Assembly: GCA_965212055.1 (NCBI GenBank)
Contig: OZ243041.1
Span: 736,001-800,000, forward strand
Source: Fidelibacterota bacterium
GTDB taxonomy: Bacteria; Fidelibacterota; Marinisomatia; Marinisomatales; Marinisomataceae
DNA: 64,000 nt
Direction of reading: 5' to 3'
This document shows positions 60,541-64,000 of the stretch, piece by piece; positions within the stretch are counted from its first letter, which is position 1, and each line of letters starts with the position of its first letter. A model generated the notes under the pieces. The model was not told where the DNA came from, did no database searches, and saw nothing but the letters and a program-made list of their open reading frames with translations. The position numbers and the translations under genes were made by a program.

Positions 60541-60617
60541 TGCTAATCAAGACAATTATGGAAAAAAGGCCATAATTATTGTAGATTAATCTTCACACCC
60601 AAGAGGTAAAACTAATT

Positions 60618-61643
60618 TTGAAAAAAATATTATTAGCGTTTTTAGTTGTATTACTAGGCTGCGGCGGTGGTGGTGGCGGCGGCGGTAGTGATGATGGTGG
60701 AGATGGTGGATCAGGAAATACTCCTCCAGTAGCAGCATTCACTGGTAGCCCTTTATCAGGAACAGTCCCATTATCTGTACAATTTGCATCTCAATCAACA
60801 GGAGATATTAATTCTCATCAGTGGGATGCTAACAATGATGGAACAGTTGATGGTGGTACTTATACCTACAATCATACCTATACGGAAGCTGGTACATATA
60901 CCGTTTCACTCACTGTTGTAGGACCAGCAGGAAGTGATTCAACCACCAAAACAGATTATATTACAGTAACTGTACTTCCACCACATGCTGATTTTGAAGC
61001 AACTACTACTAGCGGCACTCCTGATTTGAGAGTCCAATTTATTAATAATTCGCTTCGTTATACTCAATCTACTTGGGATTTTGGAGATGGAAATACAAGT
61101 ACTGACACTCACCCTATGCATACATATACTGCAGTAGGTAGTTATGATGTTTCATTAGATGTGCTAGGAGAAGGTGGTACAGATATAGAAACTAAGACTG
61201 GATATATTAATGTCAGCACTCTTGGAACTCCAGCCATTATTATTGATCCAAAATATACAGATACAAGCAATGGCACTACTATTACTTTAAGTCTAAAAGT
61301 AATGGGAGTAACTGGATTGGCAGCTGCGCAAGCAAAATTGGTATATGACGCAAGTACTGTAACGATTGGTAATGTTGCTTTTGGAGATTTCTTAAAAGGC
61401 AATACTGATCCATTGTTAATTGTTACTAAAGATGAATCAAATGGAGAAGTCACTATTTATACATCATCTCTATCGAGTGATAAACCATCGGCAGATGGAG
61501 ATGGAGTGATAGCAACTGTTGAATTTACTGTAACTAGCACAACATCAATTATTTTTGACAATAGTAATGTTATTTTTCTTGATGTAGATGGAAATAATAT
61601 TACTGTAAATGGTTCACAAGATGGGTATATATATGTTAATTAA
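60618..61643 (+). CDS. Lipoprotein with Gly-rich linker, two PKD domains and a C-terminal cohesin-like domain
   Basis: Lipobox LLGC then nine Gly; PKD motifs (WDFGDG, HTYT..G.Y.V.L); C-terminal domain with LVYD, GDFL, GDGVIATVEF. Confidence 0.8.
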   Translation: MKKILLAFLVVLLGCGGGGGGGGSDDGGDGGSGNTPPVAAFTGSPLSGTVPLSVQFASQSTGDINSHQWDANNDGTVDGGTYTYNHTYTEAGTYTVSLTVVGPAGSDSTTKTDYITVTVLPPHADFEATTTSGTPDLRVQFINNSLRYTQSTWDFGDGNTSTDTHPMHTYTAVGSYDVSLDVLGEGGTDIETKTGYINVSTLGTPAIIIDPKYTDTSNGTTITLSLKVMGVTGLAAAQAKLVYDASTVTIGNVAFGDFLKGNTDPLLIVTKDESNGEVTIYTSSLSSDKPSADGDGVIATVEFTVTSTTSIIFDNSNVIFLDVDGNNITVNGSQDGYIYVN

Positions 61644-61647
61644 GAAT

Positions 61648-64000
61648 ATGAAAAAAATAAATTATATCATTGGATTTACTATATCATTCTTGGTGTTATA
61701 TCAACCAATTGAACAAGATATAAGAAACTTTTTAAATGAAAAGAAACGTGTTGAATATGAACAATTTATCAATAGTTTCTTACAAAGAGATACGCTTTCC
61801 TTCAAAGAATCAAAGAAACTACCAAAAGCATTAAGACCTGATCTCAAAGGGACACAGGATTACCTTATGATGCATGATCCAACCACAGGTACTATTCCTA
61901 CAGAACGTATTTTGGATGCTTTAAAAATTGGAGAACAAAAACGTACAAGTTGGGCTTATGCAAATCGTATGACTGAAGTAAATTGGTCTGAAAGAGGACC
62001 AAACACCATTGGTGGAAGAACAAGAGCTTTACTTATTGATCCAAATGACTCTACAAAAAAGAAATTATGGGCTGCTGGTGTTAGTGGTGGATTGTGGTAT
62101 ACCAGTGATATTACTGTTTCTGCACCAACCTGGAACTTAGTTGATGGAACATGGGGAAATTTAGCAGTATGTAGCATCGCTTCTGATCCCAATGATGCTA
62201 ATATCATGTATGTAGGTACTGGAGAAAGAATGGGTATCTTTTCTACAGCAAGTCGAGGACTTGGGATGTGGAAAACAACTGATGGTGGTAACACTTGGAC
62301 ACATCTTACTTCCACAGAAGGTTTTAATTATGTTACTGATATCATTGTGAGAGACGAATCAGGATCAAGTGTAGTGTATGCTGGCGTTGGTGGACATTAT
62401 TATGAAGGTCAATGGCATGGATCTGCAAATACAGGACTATGGAGATCAACTGATAGTGGATCAACATGGACCCAAGTTATGGATATGACTTCAGGTAGTA
62501 CTCCATACGAGATTATGGATTTAGATTTGGGTGTTAATGGCAATGTAGACTTTACAATTACAGTTGATAGTTCCACAAAATTTGTCATTAATGGTTCGTC
62601 ACAAGCTACTCTTACTGTATCAAAAGGTTCAACTTACACTTTTGATCAAACTGATAGTTCAAATGGAACTCATCATAATATTGGATTTTCTACTACCAGT
62701 GATGGTACGCATGGTGGTGGTACTGCTTATACCAATGGAGTTACAACAAATGGTGGTTCATCAGGTTCAGATTTAGTTACAACATTGATTGTACCTCAAG
62801 ATGCTCCATCCACTTTATATTATTACTGTAATACACATTCAGGTCTGGGGGGACAAATTAATATTAATGCAGGTAATAGGATTTGGGCTGGATCACGAAC
62901 TAATGTTTATGGCGATGGTGGAGGAGACATTTTCTATTCTGATGATGGTTCAACATGGACCAAAGCATCTTTGGGTGTTATTGGAACAATGAACCGAACT
63001 ATTTTATCAGTTGCTCCTTCTGATCCAAATACCGTTTATGCTATGATTGCAGATAGCAATTCACGAAAGGTTGGTTGGATTACAAAAACAACAGATGGTG
63101 GTGCTAATTGGACTATATATACTGCTGGAACTACTGACCCATTCCCTATTGATGCTAATGGAAATGTTTTGGGAGATGCCAACGGTCAAGCAGGTTATGA
63201 TTTAAGTTTTGGAATTGATCCAAATGATCCAAACACCGTTTTTGCTGGTGAACTTGATATTTTCAAAACAACAGCTGGTGGAGCTAGTTGGACTCAGGTC
63301 ACAAATTCTGGAGGATCGCAATTTGCCAATATGCATGTTGACCAACATAATATAAAATTTATTGATAGTAATGCTATTATCTTCTCTAATGATGGCGGAG
63401 TATATTATACTACTGATGCAGGAACTACAGTCAATGAAAGAAATACAGGATATAATGTAAGTCAATTCTATTCTGTTGCGCTACATCCAGATGCTGGAAG
63501 TGAATATGTTCTTGGTGGAACCCAAGATAATGGTACTTGGACAGTGAGTGGTACTGGCATTCAAAGTGGTAATCAAAGAGTCGGTGGAGATGGTGCATTC
63601 ACACATATTGACCAAGTAGATCCTAATTATCAGTTTACTGCAACGACATATAACACTATATATAGAAGTACCAATGGTGGAACAAATTGGTCTTTGTATG
63701 CAAACCATGAAGATAGTGCTGGTGGTGACACCGGATTCTTTATCAATCCTTCCACGATTGATGGTCCAAATAAAGCTTTTTATTCTGCGGTTGATGCATC
63801 AACAATATTACGATTAAATAGTTATACCACATTAGCTGATAAAACACTGATGAATGTTAACCTAGGTTCTACTGCATCTGCATTTAAAGTTTCTCCTCAC
63901 ACAAATGGAGTTTTATTTGTTGGTACAGCTGGTGGACGCGTATTTAAGATTACAGATGCTCATACATCTACTTACACTGCAACTGAAATTAGTGGTTCAG
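61648..64000 (+). CDS. Large secreted BNR/Asp-box (VPS10/sialidase-like) beta-propeller protein with inserted cupredoxin-like domain; runs off the window
   Basis: Frame open from ATG 61648 to the end; WSERGPNTIGGRTRA, Asp-boxes (TTDGGNTW, STDSGSTW, SDDGSTW, STNGGTNW), HVDQH, NDGG, GGTQDNG. Confidence 0.88.
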   Translation, partial: MKKINYIIGFTISFLVLYQPIEQDIRNFLNEKKRVEYEQFINSFLQRDTLSFKESKKLPKALRPDLKGTQDYLMMHDPTTGTIPTERILDALKIGEQKRTSWAYANRMTEVNWSERGPNTIGGRTRALLIDPNDSTKKKLWAAGVSGGLWYTSDITVSAPTWNLVDGTWGNLAVCSIASDPNDANIMYVGTGERMGIFSTASRGLGMWKTTDGGNTWTHLTSTEGFNYVTDIIVRDESGSSVVYAGVGGHYYEGQWHGSANTGLWRSTDSGSTWTQVMDMTSGSTPYEIMDLDLGVNGNVDFTITVDSSTKFVINGSSQATLTVSKGSTYTFDQTDSSNGTHHNIGFSTTSDGTHGGGTAYTNGVTTNGGSSGSDLVTTLIVPQDAPSTLYYYCNTHSGLGGQININAGNRIWAGSRTNVYGDGGGDIFYSDDGSTWTKASLGVIGTMNRTILSVAPSDPNTVYAMIADSNSRKVGWITKTTDGGANWTIYTAGTTDPFPIDANGNVLGDANGQAGYDLSFGIDPNDPNTVFAGELDIFKTTAGGASWTQVTNSGGSQFANMHVDQHNIKFIDSNAIIFSNDGGVYYTTDAGTTVNERNTGYNVSQFYSVALHPDAGSEYVLGGTQDNGTWTVSGTGIQSGNQRVGGDGAFTHIDQVDPNYQFTATTYNTIYRSTNGGTNWSLYANHEDSAGGDTGFFINPSTIDGPNKAFYSAVDASTILRLNSYTTLADKTLMNVNLGSTASAFKVSPHTNGVLFVGTAGGRVFKITDAHTSTYTATEISGS

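Noticed and set aside
60660..60716. GGN triplet repeat as a contingency locus
   Set aside because: Mixed GGC/GGT codons encoding an in-frame Gly linker; length changes would not switch phase.
62545..62877. In-frame insertion as an intein
   Set aside because: No N-terminal Cys/Ser, no His-Asn followed by Cys/Ser/Thr, and no Hint motifs.

Overview
Very AT-rich, densely packed bacterial chromosome segment. Gene content and order suggest a streamlined marine member of the FCB group, most likely Marinimicrobia/SAR406 (inference only). Positions 1-59,100 are almost entirely minus-strand core genes with abutting or overlapping starts and stops: dnaK (partial), lolCDE, lysS, frameshifted prfB, a PNPOx-like/MenA fusion, cdaA, folP, ftsH, tilS, an archaeal-type GAPDH homologue, a System I* ccm operon, an isobutyryl-CoA-mutase-like subunit, dxs, pdxST, ispH, nrnA, pduO, nhaD, nqrA-F with apbE and nqrM, nadK, bS22, HU, mltD, serS, tsaD, rpsA, cmk, scpAB, trpS, a catalytically degenerate YhaM, fur, a frameshifted pcrA/uvrD and mltG. 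From about 59,160 genes switch to the plus strand: a DUF3098-like gene, tRNA-Asp, a saccharopine dehydrogenase, a PKD/cohesin lipoprotein and a large secreted beta-propeller protein (truncated) carrying an inserted cupredoxin-like domain. Four small genes missed by the ORF track were found (ccmD-like, a 29-aa ccm micro-ORF, nqrM, bS22). No CRISPR array, IS element, integrase or rRNA was seen. Best leads: the cohesin lipoprotein plus copper-domain propeller module, the PNPOx-MenA fusion, the pseudo-enzyme YhaM, the divergent class II GAPDH and signs of near-leaderless transcription.
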